Assembly: GCA_026770705.1 (NCBI GenBank)
Contig: JANJGN010000140.1
Span: forward strand, 744,001 to 808,000
From: Isurus oxyrinchus
Lineage: Eukaryota
Direction: 5' to 3'
Length of the DNA: 64,000 nt
Below the pieces are notes generated by a model. It made no database searches. It saw only the letters and a program-made list of their open reading frames with translations, and had not been told where the DNA came from. Position numbers and translations under genes: made by a program. Shown here in pieces: positions 1 through 11,461 of this stretch. How positions within the stretch are numbered: position 1 is the first letter of the stretch; every line of letters begins with the position of its first letter.

Positions 1-399
1 ATCAGCACGTGCCTCTTATACTTGTGGAGGGTAGTGAGGGGAACAGAATCTCTTTGGGATGGTGACCATTGAAAGGGATTTTTATGGCGCCGTAAGTTTG
101 AATACAGTAAAAATTATTTCCGACAGAATAGGTGGAGCATGTTTAACTCTACCGCGCAGAGCAGTAAAAATACTCAGCTCAGCCTGAATAACTGCTTTGT
201 TCTAGGATGAATTGAGATGTACAACCACATGCCATAAAAGAGTATGTATATTCAGGACAGTCTGAACAACCTGTTGAGCATAGATGTGCAACAATATGTG
301 AGTCAAAACATTTCGGAGAGCAGGTAGATGCGTTGAGATTGTCTGATAGGAGCCTGCAGTAGATATTGTATTGAAGCACTCAGGCTTTGTCTCACAGTG

Positions 400-803
400 C
401 TTCGTTGCACAGTGATACACTCCAGCGTCTGACACCACGGTTCTGCCAATACTGAGAATGTTATAACTTCTTGTTGGGTCAATAAAGAGAGTGAACCGCC
501 CGTCACTGGAGTTTCTGCTGATAGCAGATAGTATAAATTTCGGGCCACGGCCTTCTAGTTGTCTGTACCAGTGGGTGGTCTGCGTACCTCTTGTCGTTGC
601 GTTGCACCAAATTTCAATCGATTGTCCCACTTGTGCAAACATCTGCTGTGGTTGGTGAATCGCAGCCTCTCTGCCGATCACAGTTGAGAATGAAGGACAG
701 GGAAAAGAGAAACAAAGAAATAGCAAAAAAAAGTTGTAACACCGATTTTCAGCACAAAACACTCACCTAAAATCAATAAATTGAAAGTCACTATTTCACT
801 CAT
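400..803 (-). pseudogene. TCR alpha/delta V segment (family A, copy 1), splice acceptor mutated
   Basis: Leader 803-767 (MSEIVTFNLLIL, GTGAGT donor). V exon is open with C...WYRQ...DAGVYHC. The acceptor reads CTG where the paralog at ~31770 has CAG. RSS at 399-361: CACTGTG-23-ACAATATCT. Confidence 0.85.
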
Positions 804-1599
804 TGTGTTTTCCTGGATTTTGGGCGGTGGAATTGGAATATTACAGGAAAATCGATTTAGTTTGGAATGATTCTGATATGCAATCGATTATGTTATTTCC
901 TGCTTGGTATGAAGGCAAGTGCCTCTTATCTACTCACCGAGGGAAGGGGAACCATCCAACGATGCGATTTTCCCTGACACGCCCTCTGGGGGCCTTGTTT
1001 CTCATTACTTGACACCAAACAACGGTGCCCTCTGAGAACAAGCAGAACATTTTGACATGGTAAGTCAGAAGCTTGTCCTTTGACAATATTGGGCCTGGAG
1101 TGAAATTCACCCTAGACTGAGTGCAATAGTGACCTTTGATGGGAACCGATTAGGTCAACGGCACAGACAATGGCCTTTCACCAGCACCGATTTGGTTCGA
1201 AACCCAATGGAGACACAAATTAGGGGCATATATTTTCTGACGGGGAATGGGCTCATCAGTTCTGCGAACTGGTATGTTCCTGCATTCAAATCGAAGCAAT
1301 GAATCGAGTAAAGCAGCATATGGCCTTGGGTGCAGACTGTTTTAACTTTTACACTGTGGTTTTGGGGCTTGTTGTTGTAGTAGAGCCCTGCACCCATGTG
1401 GCACAGATTGCAGTGGCTACAAAGGCACAGGATGAACGGTCACCCAATCCAGTTTAATCTCCCGGCAATGATATGCAATGGAAATATTTTCAACGCAACA
1501 CAAGCCACCGACGCACCAAACGGGTTAATACTTGTTTTTAAACGAAGCCATGGTCACTGCAGGACTTGAATACAAAGTCAAGGCTGCAAATCCTGTATA

Positions 1600-1910
1600 T
1601 TACTGAGAGATTCGTTCACTATCTGAGATGCCATCTTTCGGGCAAAGCTTCAAATAGAGGTCCCAGCTGTCATTTCTGGTGGATATAATTGAACTCCTGG
1701 CAGCATTCTGAAGAAGGGAAATTATCCCCAATGTCCTGGACAATGTTTATTCCTCACTCAACACCATAATTAGAAATTAGCTGGTCATTATCACATTACT
1801 GCTGGTGGAATCTTGCTGTGCACATTCTGGCTACAAAGTTTCTTATACGGCAACAGCAGCTACAGTTCAAAACTGCTTCAGTGGCTGTAAAGCACTTTGA
1901 GAGATCCATT
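1600..1910 (+). mobile_element. Deu-domain-like SINE fragment (also ~12060-12390 and ~32690-32995)
   Basis: Motif GGTCATTATCACATT.CTG...GGA..TTGCTGTG...GGCTGTAAAGCACTTTGAGA recurs in the window and resembles shark DeuSINEs. Family name from recall only. Confidence 0.55.
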
Positions 1911-1919
1911 GCTCACGAA

Positions 1920-2350
1920 ACAAGGAATGACATAGGGGAAATGACTGATGGAGGGATGGAGACAGCAACACAGAAAGAGATACTGGGAGAAAGACCGAGG
2001 GAGAGGGAGAAAGGGAAACAGAGATAAGGGGAGGAAATGAAGGAGAGAAATTGAGAAAAACAGAGAGAACAACAAGAATAGAGGGACATGCAGCAGAGTA
2101 AAGGGGCGGAAGTACAGGGAGATAGGCCGAGGCAGAGACAGAGAAAGAATAAAAGAGAAATGAAGGAAGATTGAAAATGTGGGAGAGACAACGAGTTAAA
2201 AAGAGGGAGAGATATTGAGAGAGACGACAGAGCAAGGAGGGAACTAGATGAAGATACAAGAAGGGAGGAACACATAGAATCTGATAAATGTAAAGAAACG
2301 AATGAAGAGTCAGCGGGAGAAACAGAGGAAGAGACAATGCGGAAGACAGT
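1920..2350. repeat. Purine-rich (GA) low-complexity tract (duplicate at ~33005-33430)
   Basis: Almost pure A/G on the plus strand; source of spurious Leu/Ser/Phe-rich ORFs. Confidence 0.8.
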
Positions 2351-2569
2351 GATTAAAATGAAAGCATGAATACCAGGAAAGGGAATTAAATCAGTAACAT
2401 AGGGAGTTAAAACAGCACGTCATCTGGCAAGAGTTTCCCTTGAAATTTATTGCAAGTTGATACAGATTCAATCCAGTAAAATGTAAGTTTAGATCTAAGA
2501 TCAAGAGATTGATCGTCACTCAAACAGTTGCCAGAGATTCACTTGTAATGGTTTTTCCTCCTGCTCTTC

Positions 2570-3370
2570 TGTTGTCCCCCAAGGATCTCTGCTTGGTGTC
2601 CTTCTATTTCGAATCTACATGCTGCCCCTTGGCGGTGTCATCTGAAAATACAACCTCAGTTTTTACATGTACGCTGACAACACGAAACTCTACCTCACCA
2701 CCGCCAACACTGTCGAACTCTTCCCTGCTGCTAAATTATCACAATGCTTATCCAACTTCCAGTCCCAACGAGCAGAAATTTCTCCAAACAAATGTTGGGA
2801 AGACTGAAGCCACTGTTTTCAGTCCCCGATTCAATCTCCATTTCCTAGTTAAAGACGCCATCCTTCTCCATGGCAACGCTCTGATATTAAGCCAGTTTAT
2901 TTGCAACTTTGCTGTCACATTTAATCCTGAGATGAGTTTCCAACTTTATCTTTGTGCCATTTCTGAGACCGCCTTTTTCCACCTCTATATAGGCGCCGCA
3001 CTTTGCCCCGTCTCAGCCCATCTGCTGGTGAAACCCCCAACTATAACTTGGTTACCTCATACTGAGCAACTGCAAGATGTTCCTGCCTGGTCTCCAACAT
3101 TCCATTCTCGGTAAACTTGGTTTCATTAAAACATCGGCTGTCAGTGACTTGACTATCAACAAGTCCTATTTCGTCAATAGAGCCTATGCTCCCTAACGTA
3201 CATTAGTTCCTACCCTAGCAACATACTGATTTTAAAATTCTCATCCTTGATTTCAAATCTCTCTCCCCATGGCCGCGCCCCGCCCGATCTCTATCATCTC
3301 CTTGAGCTCCACAATCCTCCAAGATCTCGGTGCTATTCCAATTCTGCCCTCTTGAGCATTCCCGAGTAAC
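2570..3370 (+). mobile_element. Decayed L2/CR1-clade LINE reverse-transcriptase fragment (duplicate ~33650-34450)
   Basis: Frames give MLPLGGVI...FYMYADNT-LYL (YADD-like) and NVGKTEA motifs, with frameshifts. Confidence 0.7.
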
Positions 3371-3757
3371 AGAATTCAAAACCGAGGAATTAGTTTTGTA
3401 TTTACCAGAGGAAACTGTCGGGGTGCGGGGCATTTCTAGACGGACGAAATAAGATGGGACGAAAGGCCTTCCTCATTCCCCAGGCCCCTGTCGTCTTTTG
3501 ACTGATCTGCTGCAGGCAACATCCAAAAACGATGATGCAGCGCCCTCTCGTGTGGCTGTGAGGTAAATGGCAACTGGCTGGAAATTCAATAATGCCTTAA
3601 ATTACTGAAGGATTTGGTTGCATTATTCTGTCGCATTCTTCTTGTTCATATTATTCTTACTATTTTTCGTGTTGCTCAGAGAGTCTATGTTCAAATGATC
3701 AATGCAAGTATGTGTTTCAAGGGTTATATTTATACCCAGACGATTCACTCATTCTGA

Positions 3758-3930
3758 AGATAAACAGGGCTGAATGGGTGCCCCAGAATCCGTCTTTAGT
3801 AATGCTTCAGGAAAGGCAGATCTTATTTTGAGCTGCACAGTTAATTGAAAACTGATTCAACATTGTTCTGGTACATCCAGTATCCGGGGAAGCCCCGAGA
3901 CATTCACTTTCAAGCGACTGGCAAAAAAGG
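3758..3930 (+). pseudogene. Degenerate TCR V relic, 5' half (duplicate ~34828-35000)
   Basis: Across frameshifts reads VPQNPSLVMLQE...LILSCTV...STLFWYIQYPGKP (TGG at 3869). Hydrophobic leader-like stretch near 3620-3670. No clear YYC or RSS. Confidence 0.65.
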
Positions 3931-4241
3931 CACCTCTTATGTTTGTTCATATGACCATTTGTAACCTGTGCCAGTATCAGAGAGCTTTCTTACATATTAT
4001 ACTCCCCCTCGGCATCCCAATATCTGAAGCCTGCCCCTAGTTCATGTTTATTCTTTAACATCAGAAGAAAACTATCAAAAAACCTTTAAAATTCTGTTAT
4101 TTTCTGTCAAAATCGAAACCTGATACACCCCATGTTCCTTTCTGGTGATGTTATATGGCGAGTGTATGTTCAAATAGTCATTGCATATTTCATGTGTTAC
4201 ACCCAGTCCCCGACTTTGTCAAATTCTGTATTTTGTTACAG

Positions 4242-4578
4242 GAACGAGTGGCGCAGAATCTCCCCGAGTTTGTCTGAGTTAGAGGTCTGGAAGAGAGGTT
4301 CGTAATGTTAGGCTTTAGTTGCTGTTCCTCCAAAAAGCTTTCTCTGCCTCTGTTCACATATCAATATTCCGGATGAACTTGGAGACCCTTACCGAGGAGA
4401 GAGAGCTGTGGACATAAAGAAATGGCTCAAGATTTCCCAGACCGGTTCCCTTTGATGTGCACAAGGGCAACAACAACAATAAAACTGTTTGAAAAGCCAA
4501 TCTGCCAATATTTGATCTCAGTTGGCTTGGGGTCAGGATTCACACGCGTAAAAGAGCCAAAGAGCACTGAATAAAGCC
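4242..4578 (+). pseudogene. Degenerate TCR V relic with RSS remnant (duplicate 35312-35648)
   Basis: Follows a TTTTGTTACAG acceptor. Reads ERVAQN...RRESCGHKEMAQDFPDRF with stops. RSS-like CACACGC-22-AATAAAGCC at 4541-4578. Confidence 0.55.
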
Positions 4579-4593
4579 TGGAACACTCACTCA

Positions 4594-4916
4594 GGTTTTT
4601 GTACGGAATCTTGGTTCTTATCTGACGCTATGCCTCACTGCATAGTAATTGACCGGCCCACCCACCACACTCAGGCAGTTAATATTGAGGTAACTGGACT
4701 GTTTAGACTTGTCAGCAGCCACCAGATATCGTCCTGAGATTTCGAATCACTTTAGTGTTGTTGCTTTGCTAATGATCCAGCTTGGAGGCTTTTTTTTTTT
4801 TGCCGATGCTATGTTGTATATCCATGGTTTTGTATTCGCAATATAACTTCACCAATCCCCTTCTGACACGTTTATTGCCATTGGATATTGTGTTACTGGA
4901 TCTGCACATTGTCCGT
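4594..4916 (-). pseudogene. TCR V pseudogene with 23-RSS (duplicate 35664-35983)
   Basis: DGQCADPVTQYP...VKLYCEYK...SGRYLVAADKSKQSSYLNI with frameshifts and a stop. RSS at 4632-4594: CATAGCG-23-ACAAAAACC. Confidence 0.85.
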
Positions 4917-5534
4917 CTGTGATAGAAAGTGGAACAAAAGAGCAGCAGATTAAACAGGATCGATCTAATTCTGTGTCTAACTGTGTGAATTTGTATTAAT
5001 TCCCATCTTTCAACTATCCATAATATCCATAATATAGGATCGCAAACAACATTAAATTCCTGTACAAGCTGCAATTGCATCAATCTGCTAACGTGTCTTG
5101 ATTATCAAAATCGAGTGTTTACTGTCCCAGAGAGCGGCTAGTATTATCAGAAACATGTCTGATTGAAACTCAGTCAGTGAATGTGAATGGACTGAGTCAG
5201 AGGTTGAGAAGGAGTTCCCTCACCCGCAATCTATTCAGCTCATTGTTCCACACACATAGTGCAGGGGGCCAGGCCTATTGTGACCTCACTCTGGAAACCG
5301 TCCCTACTGGCATTACCGTTGGTGACGTGTGAATTTGCGATGCCCTTGGCGCCCTCTGCTGATGAATTCTGTTCAGTCCGGTTCAGAATGGGGTCATTGA
5401 CTAGATTTCTTGATTTACATGTTAAAGCGCGAATGTCAGACAATATCTCTCAGAAGTCTAACTTGGACCTGATTAAACACTGTCAGTATTGTTTCTCATG
5501 CTAATGCCAGAAAGTGATGACAAATGTGGGGACA

Positions 5535-5790
5535 TAGTGGAGTATTAATAATATCACTGGTCTAACAATTCAGAGGCCCAGGAAAGTGTTCTGGGAGCAT
5601 GGGTTCTAGTCCCACCATGGCAGCTGCAGGAATTTAAATTCAATTCATTAATCTGGAATATAAAAACAATCTCAGTAATAGTGACAATGAAACTATCATC
5701 CGTTGTTGTAAGGAATGTAGGGAAGGAAATTTGCGATCCTCATCTGATCTGGCCTACATGTGACTCCAGACACATAGCAATGCGGTTGAC
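5535..5790 (+). mobile_element. tRNA-derived shark SINE (also ~29617-29830 and ~36600-36860)
   Basis: A-box-like CATAGTGG and B-box-like GGTTCTAGTCC, plus a conserved body (CTGGTCTGGCCTACATGTGACTCCAGA-like) repeated in the window. Confidence 0.6.
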
Positions 5791-6444
5791 TCAGAAATAT
5801 GCAGTTTTCGGACAGTTAGGCTTGGACAGCAAATATTGGTTTTGCCAGGGGGCGCCCCATTACAGTGTCCAATCCTGGGCATCACGAATTAGAAATGAAT
5901 GTAAGGCCTTTGGAGGAAGTGTGAAAGCGATACATCAGAATGGTACCATGGGTAAGGGCCTCAGAGAAACCGGGATTGTTCTCCGTAAATCCTCTTCTTC
6001 AGCTGTCTAGCCGAAAGCAGGTCCAACTCACACAACATCCTCCACATCCTAGGACGCTTGTTCCTATCAGCCATTGCTTGCTCTAAAATTCCATGATTCG
6101 AGTCTTTCCTGTCCCTCCCACTATTTTTCTCAGTCACTTGAACAGTGAGCAGGTGCAGGATGGTCAGGGACTTATGGGGACTCAACCGTCACTATTTCTG
6201 CTCCATGAGTTCCGAGTGCAGCTGAGAGTCACGGCACATTTCGCTCAGTTTTGAGTCTACAGTATCACCACCCACAGCTTCCGGTTGCTGCTGTCGCTCT
6301 GACCTGATTGTGTTATTGGAGAGGTTGTTGATGCTGGTCCATTCCTGTCATTGGCTGGATCAGCAGTGCAGTGGAACGGGGATATGTATTTCTGCTCCGA
6401 CAGAGGACCTCTCGCTCTGCAGAGTTACTGACTCAAGAAGTATC

Positions 6445-6949
6445 ATGGGGAACAGTCTAGCTCCTATCCCCATCATTATGTCACTTGTCAGTAAGTGTTT
6501 CCTTCCCAGTAAAACTCCATTCTCCTCCTAGCTGCTACTACCCAGATGTTATTGTTGGTCAAATAATAATGATGGTGTTGATGATGATTATGTTGATTAA
6601 TATGGGGTTGATACTGATTGTCGTTTTTATTATTATTTCTGTTAGAATGGAGTCATCAAGACACAGTGGAGCAGCCGGTTGACGAAATAACTGCTGAAGA
6701 GGAAAGTAATGTCACACTAACTTGCACCTTCAAAACAAGTGATTCTAATCCTTATGCACACTGGTACAGTCAGCGCCCCGGGAAACCTCCAATGTACATG
6801 TTTCGTCTTATTGGCCAGAGTGTGCAAAGGGACACCCACCTCAGTGATCGGTTTTCTTCCACGTTGAATAAAAATAACAAGATTACCGAGCTAACGATCA
6901 GTAACACATTGACACCCGACAGCGCCGTGTATTTCTGTGCCATGGAGCC
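6445..6949 (+). CDS. TCR alpha/delta V segment (WSH family), apparently intact
   Basis: Leader 6445-6490 (MGNSLAPIPIIMSLV, GTAAGT). V exon from 6646 in phase 1: KWSHQDTVEQ...C...WYSQ...DSAVYFCAMEP. RSS 6950-6989: CACACTG-24-ACAAAAACC. Confidence 0.92.
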
Positions 6950-7013
6950 CACACTGCTGCAGAGATATAGCGGATCCCGTACAAAAACCCTCACTGGCAG
7001 TACCACCATGTGT

Positions 7014-7027
7014 TCACCAGAGGGCGC
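7014..7027 (+). promoter_or_regulatory. CTCF-like motif downstream of a V RSS (also 8322-8335, 38082-38095, 39377-39390, and 60793-60780 on minus)
   Basis: TCACCAGAGGGCGC, 24 bp after the nonamer, at a conserved position in the WSH family. Confidence 0.6.
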
Positions 7028-7801
7028 GCACACACCGGTAATTCAGTTTCCACAGTGAGAGTAACAGGGAGATTCTGAAAATTGCAACAAAACACAGAAC
7101 TCAATAGCAGCAGCAGGTGAGGTCCACTTGCACAGTCATATTGGTTTGTGATTGCACGTTGTATTTTTATTAGATATGAGATTGAAAAATCCGTCTGCGA
7201 TGCCTTATTTCCCCTTTTTGGTTTTCGACACCTTTCCCTTCCTAAATGTTTCTTATCATTCGTGTCTTCAGTCTTTTCTGAAAACTGCATACATTTCCTT
7301 TTTCCCTCACTAATATAAACGTTTAAAGCTTTTTCTACTATCTGATACATTAATTCAGAACCACTCCGAAACCTGTTGCTCATGTATGCGGTCCTGGTTT
7401 CAATCCGCATCGCTGATGAAGATGACGCTTACTATTGAATAATTTACTAACTCTGACTCTGCTTTTGCGAGCCTGCTGGCCAGAAATATGGAATGAAGAT
7501 TAAGCTACAGTTCTTACAGAGAGGAATAGTGATATAATTTTCGATGCTGTGATTATTATTGAGTTCAGTTCCTTGTAGATAAATCCTACATGTGACAACG
7601 CTGCCTGCAGTAGCCCCGCGCACAGCTTCCTTCTGCTGTTCTCGCTCTGACCTGCCTTGGCTGCCCTGTTTCATTGGAGAGATTGTTGCCGCTTTTCCCT
7701 GTTTGACATTGGTTGGATCAGGAGTCCAGTGGGGAGGAGACCTCTATTTCTACCCTGACAGAGGATTCGTGGACAACAGAGTAACAGATGCAGGGAGCAT
7801 C

Positions 7802-8258
7802 ATGTGGGACTATCTCAGACCATTCGTTATAATGTCACTTCTCAGTAAGTATATTTCCCAGTACAAAGTAATTCTCCCCCTGGCTGCCGTATCGCAAGCA
7901 TTATTTATGGCAAAATGCTTGTCCTGATGATGCAACGTTAAATATCGTCATTGTCTATGTCAGAATGGAGTCATGACGATTCAGTGGAGCAGTCGGTACC
8001 TGAAATGACAGTTAAAGAGGAAAGGAATGACGCCATAAACTGCAGCTTGAAAACAAGCGATCCTAGCCCAGTGTTACAGTCAGCAGCCGGGCAGACCCCA
8101 CAGTTTGTGATTTACCTCTGTGGGGGGATAGCAAAGCGGAAGCCAAACTTTACAGACCAATTCTCTTCTACGTTTAGTAAAGCTGCCAAAGCTACTGAGT
8201 TAACGACTAGCAATGCCCTGTTCTCCGACACCGCCATGTATTTCTGTGCCATGAGCCC
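7802..8258 (+). pseudogene. TCR V segment (WSH family), open frame but lacking the conserved Trp
   Basis: Leader 7802-7844, V exon 7964-8258. The CDR1/FR2 region is scrambled by compensating deletions. RSS 8259-8298: CACAGTG-24-ACAAAAACC. Confidence 0.88.
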
Positions 8259-9753
8259 CACAGTGCTGCAGAGGTACAGCGGATACTGTACAAAAACCCA
8301 CACTGGGAGTTCCGGTTAGAGTCACTAGAGGGCCCTGCCGCACCAATAAAACGAATGCACTGAATCAGCCACCACGTGAGATTCACAGGGATTTTTAAAA
8401 ACTGAAATGAAGCACAACACTGAACAAGGACAGGCGAGTTCCACTTGTAAAATTATTTCAAAAGTTCACATCTATAATAAAAATAAAATTTACAGATACA
8501 CCTGTCGAACCTGAACTGGCCTTTTGCCTTTTAATGTATTTTGCCTTTCCCTTGCCTTTCATGGCTTGTCTTCACTTTTTACTCAGGACACTTCCCCCAT
8601 CCTTGTTGCAGCCTTTAGTTTAATTATATAAAACCTTTGCTTCTGCTCAGAATATTAAGTCGGGACCGCTCAAACGAACAATACGACAATGAATTGTCAC
8701 ATCAGGTCAGTGCTGAAACACAGAATCACTTGTAACCTGATGAACGGCGCCCGAAAATTTCTCAGAGCGCCCAAAAGAGGGCGTCCGATCGCAATAATTC
8801 TAACTGCACTAATGGTGGAAATGGGTGTTAAAGGAACGCAAGACAAACTAAAAACTTATGTGGTTTATTTCTTTTTCTGCTCCACTGCTTTTTCCTAACC
8901 CTGCTAAAGTTGTAAAAACAGTCCTGCTGGTGTTGTGTTCCTGTTCATGAAAACCCGCTCGACACTTCACTCTGGAGGCTTTGAACCCGCTCGCTGCGCT
9001 CTGTTCCCAAACACTTTAAACTGATGAGAGGCAAATTGCAAAAAAAAGCACAGATGCGCCGGACCCCAAATTCTCTCTCGTCACAAATTCTAATCCTCTA
9101 ATTTTGTAGATTATGGATGCTTAGATTAATCATCACGGACACAACTGATGTCAGAATTCAATAGAACAAACTGAAACAGAATTTTAAATGCAAACTTTAA
9201 AAAAGAGGGCAGTTCTGGTAACATTGATTAAATCACAGCCAGAGTTTATTATTTATTTTACTCAGTTGTATGTTCAGTAACAGCAGATATCATCTTTCAA
9301 CATAACGAATCTAAAAACTACTCTGGAAAAATGCGAAATGATTGTTAGTTCACTATTTTATTGATTGAGGAGGGAAACCTCACTGGAGTCACAGTTACCT
9401 GTGTCCTGTTGTTAAGACTACTGGAACTGGAGCTGAAGGATTCACGCCAGAATAACAAACACTATCAGCAACTTTATGTTCCCGGTTACAGTAACTAAAC
9501 AAGGGTTTCAGTCTCCTGCCTCACGTGTCTAACTGCGAAACCATTTCGCCTATAAGAACACTGACTGTAGCCCAGTTCGGGATGTTTCAATGCATTGGGA
9601 GCCAGCTCACCAACTGGCGTCCAGACATCACCACTGGGGGCACAGGTACTGAGATGAGAGCATCCTGAGACAGGACAGCAGATTATTAAGGCTGGGGTTT
9701 AGAACGTGTATCTTCAAATAACCAACTCCCCTTTTAAAGAGCGGACAGCGACA

Positions 9754-10219
9754 ATGCGGCTACTATGCATCTGGGTTGTTTGGGGAGCATTTCTGACAGA
9801 TGATTGTGGACCACACGTATTTTATATTTTTTCTCATTTTTCAAGAATTATTTAAACGTGAATTTTAACCAGTCCTCGACCTGATCTTTTTCGGCTTGAA
9901 CATGTTTTTCAGATCTGAGTCATGGAGATTCTGTCACTCAGCTGCTGTCCTCAGGTGTAAAGACAGAAGGAGATGCGGTGACTTTAAGCTGTACCAATGA
10001 CACTACAATGAGCGGCTATTATTTATACTGGCACCGGAAACACCCGGATTCGCAGCCCGAGTTTATATGGTGGAAACATTCGGCCGGTGCTGAAGATAAA
10101 GCTGATTTTGCCAAAAGCCGTTTCTCAGTCAAGATCCAAACCGCGAGCAAATTCACCAGCTTGATCATCTCGGGTCTGCGGCTGACTAACGCTGCCGTGT
10201 ATTACTGCGCCCATAGACT
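9754..10219 (+). pseudogene. TCR alpha/delta V segment, open V exon, leader donor mutated (GT to AT)
   Basis: Leader MRLLCIWVVWGAFLT ends at 9799, followed by ATGATT. V exon 9913-10219: DLSHGDSVTQ...YYCAHRL. RSS 10220-10258: CACGGTG-23-ACAAAAACT. Confidence 0.85.
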
Positions 10220-10523
10220 CACGGTGATGGAAAACAGTCTCACCCCTGTACAAAAACTGCCTTTTCGCTGTGAAAAGGAGTTCCAGTCTGTTGGGGCTTG
10301 TGTAGAATCGCTGCTGCAAGGCGCACCCACGCTGTCAGCAGCTCAAGCACACACCGAGAGGGAACCAAATTAACCAAATTAATTTCTACTTTTATCTATC
10401 ATAATTACCTAGTCTGTGCACGCTGCAATACATGTTTAATGTCCCACTATCAGGAGTACCTGTCGTTGCTCCAACCAACAGAATCAGTGACAGATGAATG
10501 GGGAGATCGTTCCAGGTACATTG

Positions 10524-11461
10524 TGTTATGACATAGCAGCTGATGTGTGGACCAGGCGGACCAGATCCACAATGGAAACTTGATCACGCTATCACAAAGG
10601 TTTTGCAATTTGTGTTTATTATGAGAAGATGAGTGAACAGTCTTCAGAAATACTGAGTCAACTAAGACCTTTAGAGATTTCAATAATGAAATTAAAATCT
10701 ATATTAACAAAGTAAAAATTTCAAGCACATACATAAGACTGCAATTACTTAATAATATAACAAATCCTAAAATTCTGAATTAACCTGACTCCCACTTACA
10801 TATCCCCTTTAAGGCAACCGTCCAAAAATAGATTTTAGATTTCAAAGAAATCCAGCAAGTTAACCCAGTGCCCACTGGCAGTGGATTTCCAAATAATTTC
10901 CTCTAACGTCAGTTATTGGACATAGCCAACTTATGCACAAATAGCTGGAAGCTTCTTGAAGGCTGTTTCACACACTCTTGTTGATCCTACATGGCCCTCG
11001 CCTCACACAGCCTTTCATTCTCCTTTATATATTGTCGTTCTCTCTAAATGTAAATTCTATTGTTCCATATGTCTTTGGAATGGTACCTTTCCCATGATAA
11101 TAAATAATTGATGTTGCCTTTATTTTCAGTAACCTTAGGGAAAAATAAACACACTCCTTGGCCTTGCTTAGCTGGATAGTTATAAACAGACTGACATCCT
11201 GTTGAAATCCAAACAATCACTTCATTAATCTAAAATGGCAAATTCCCTTCCCACCGTACAGTCTAAGCCACCACCTATGTTTACTCATTAGCACCTCAAA
11301 CACATTTCTACACCTAGCTTCTTTTGCTAATTCCAAGCTTACAGTCTAGCTGACTCCAAATGTAATTAAATCACACAGACATAACCAACTATACTCACTC
11401 CCATAAACCTAACTTACGAAAAGCCAGAAAAATATTATGAAATTATTATACTTTCATAACA
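10524..11461 (-). mobile_element. Probable solo LTR
   Basis: 938 bp bounded by an 8-bp inverted repeat TGTTATGA...TCATAACA (TG...CA). A related end occurs in the opposite orientation at ~16000-16265. No target-site duplication recognised. Confidence 0.55.

Larger units (their letters stand above)
1..10374 (+). repeat. Segmental duplication, copy 1 (may extend beyond the window start)
   Basis: Colinear with 31095-41411, including all V segments, repeats and ORF translations. Confidence 0.97.

Noticed and set aside
1867-2337. Long hydrophobic ORFs (also 32952-33422, 19430-19922, 25680-26208, 62922-63176)
   Set aside because: Translations dominated by low-complexity or microsatellite DNA, or by the N gap.
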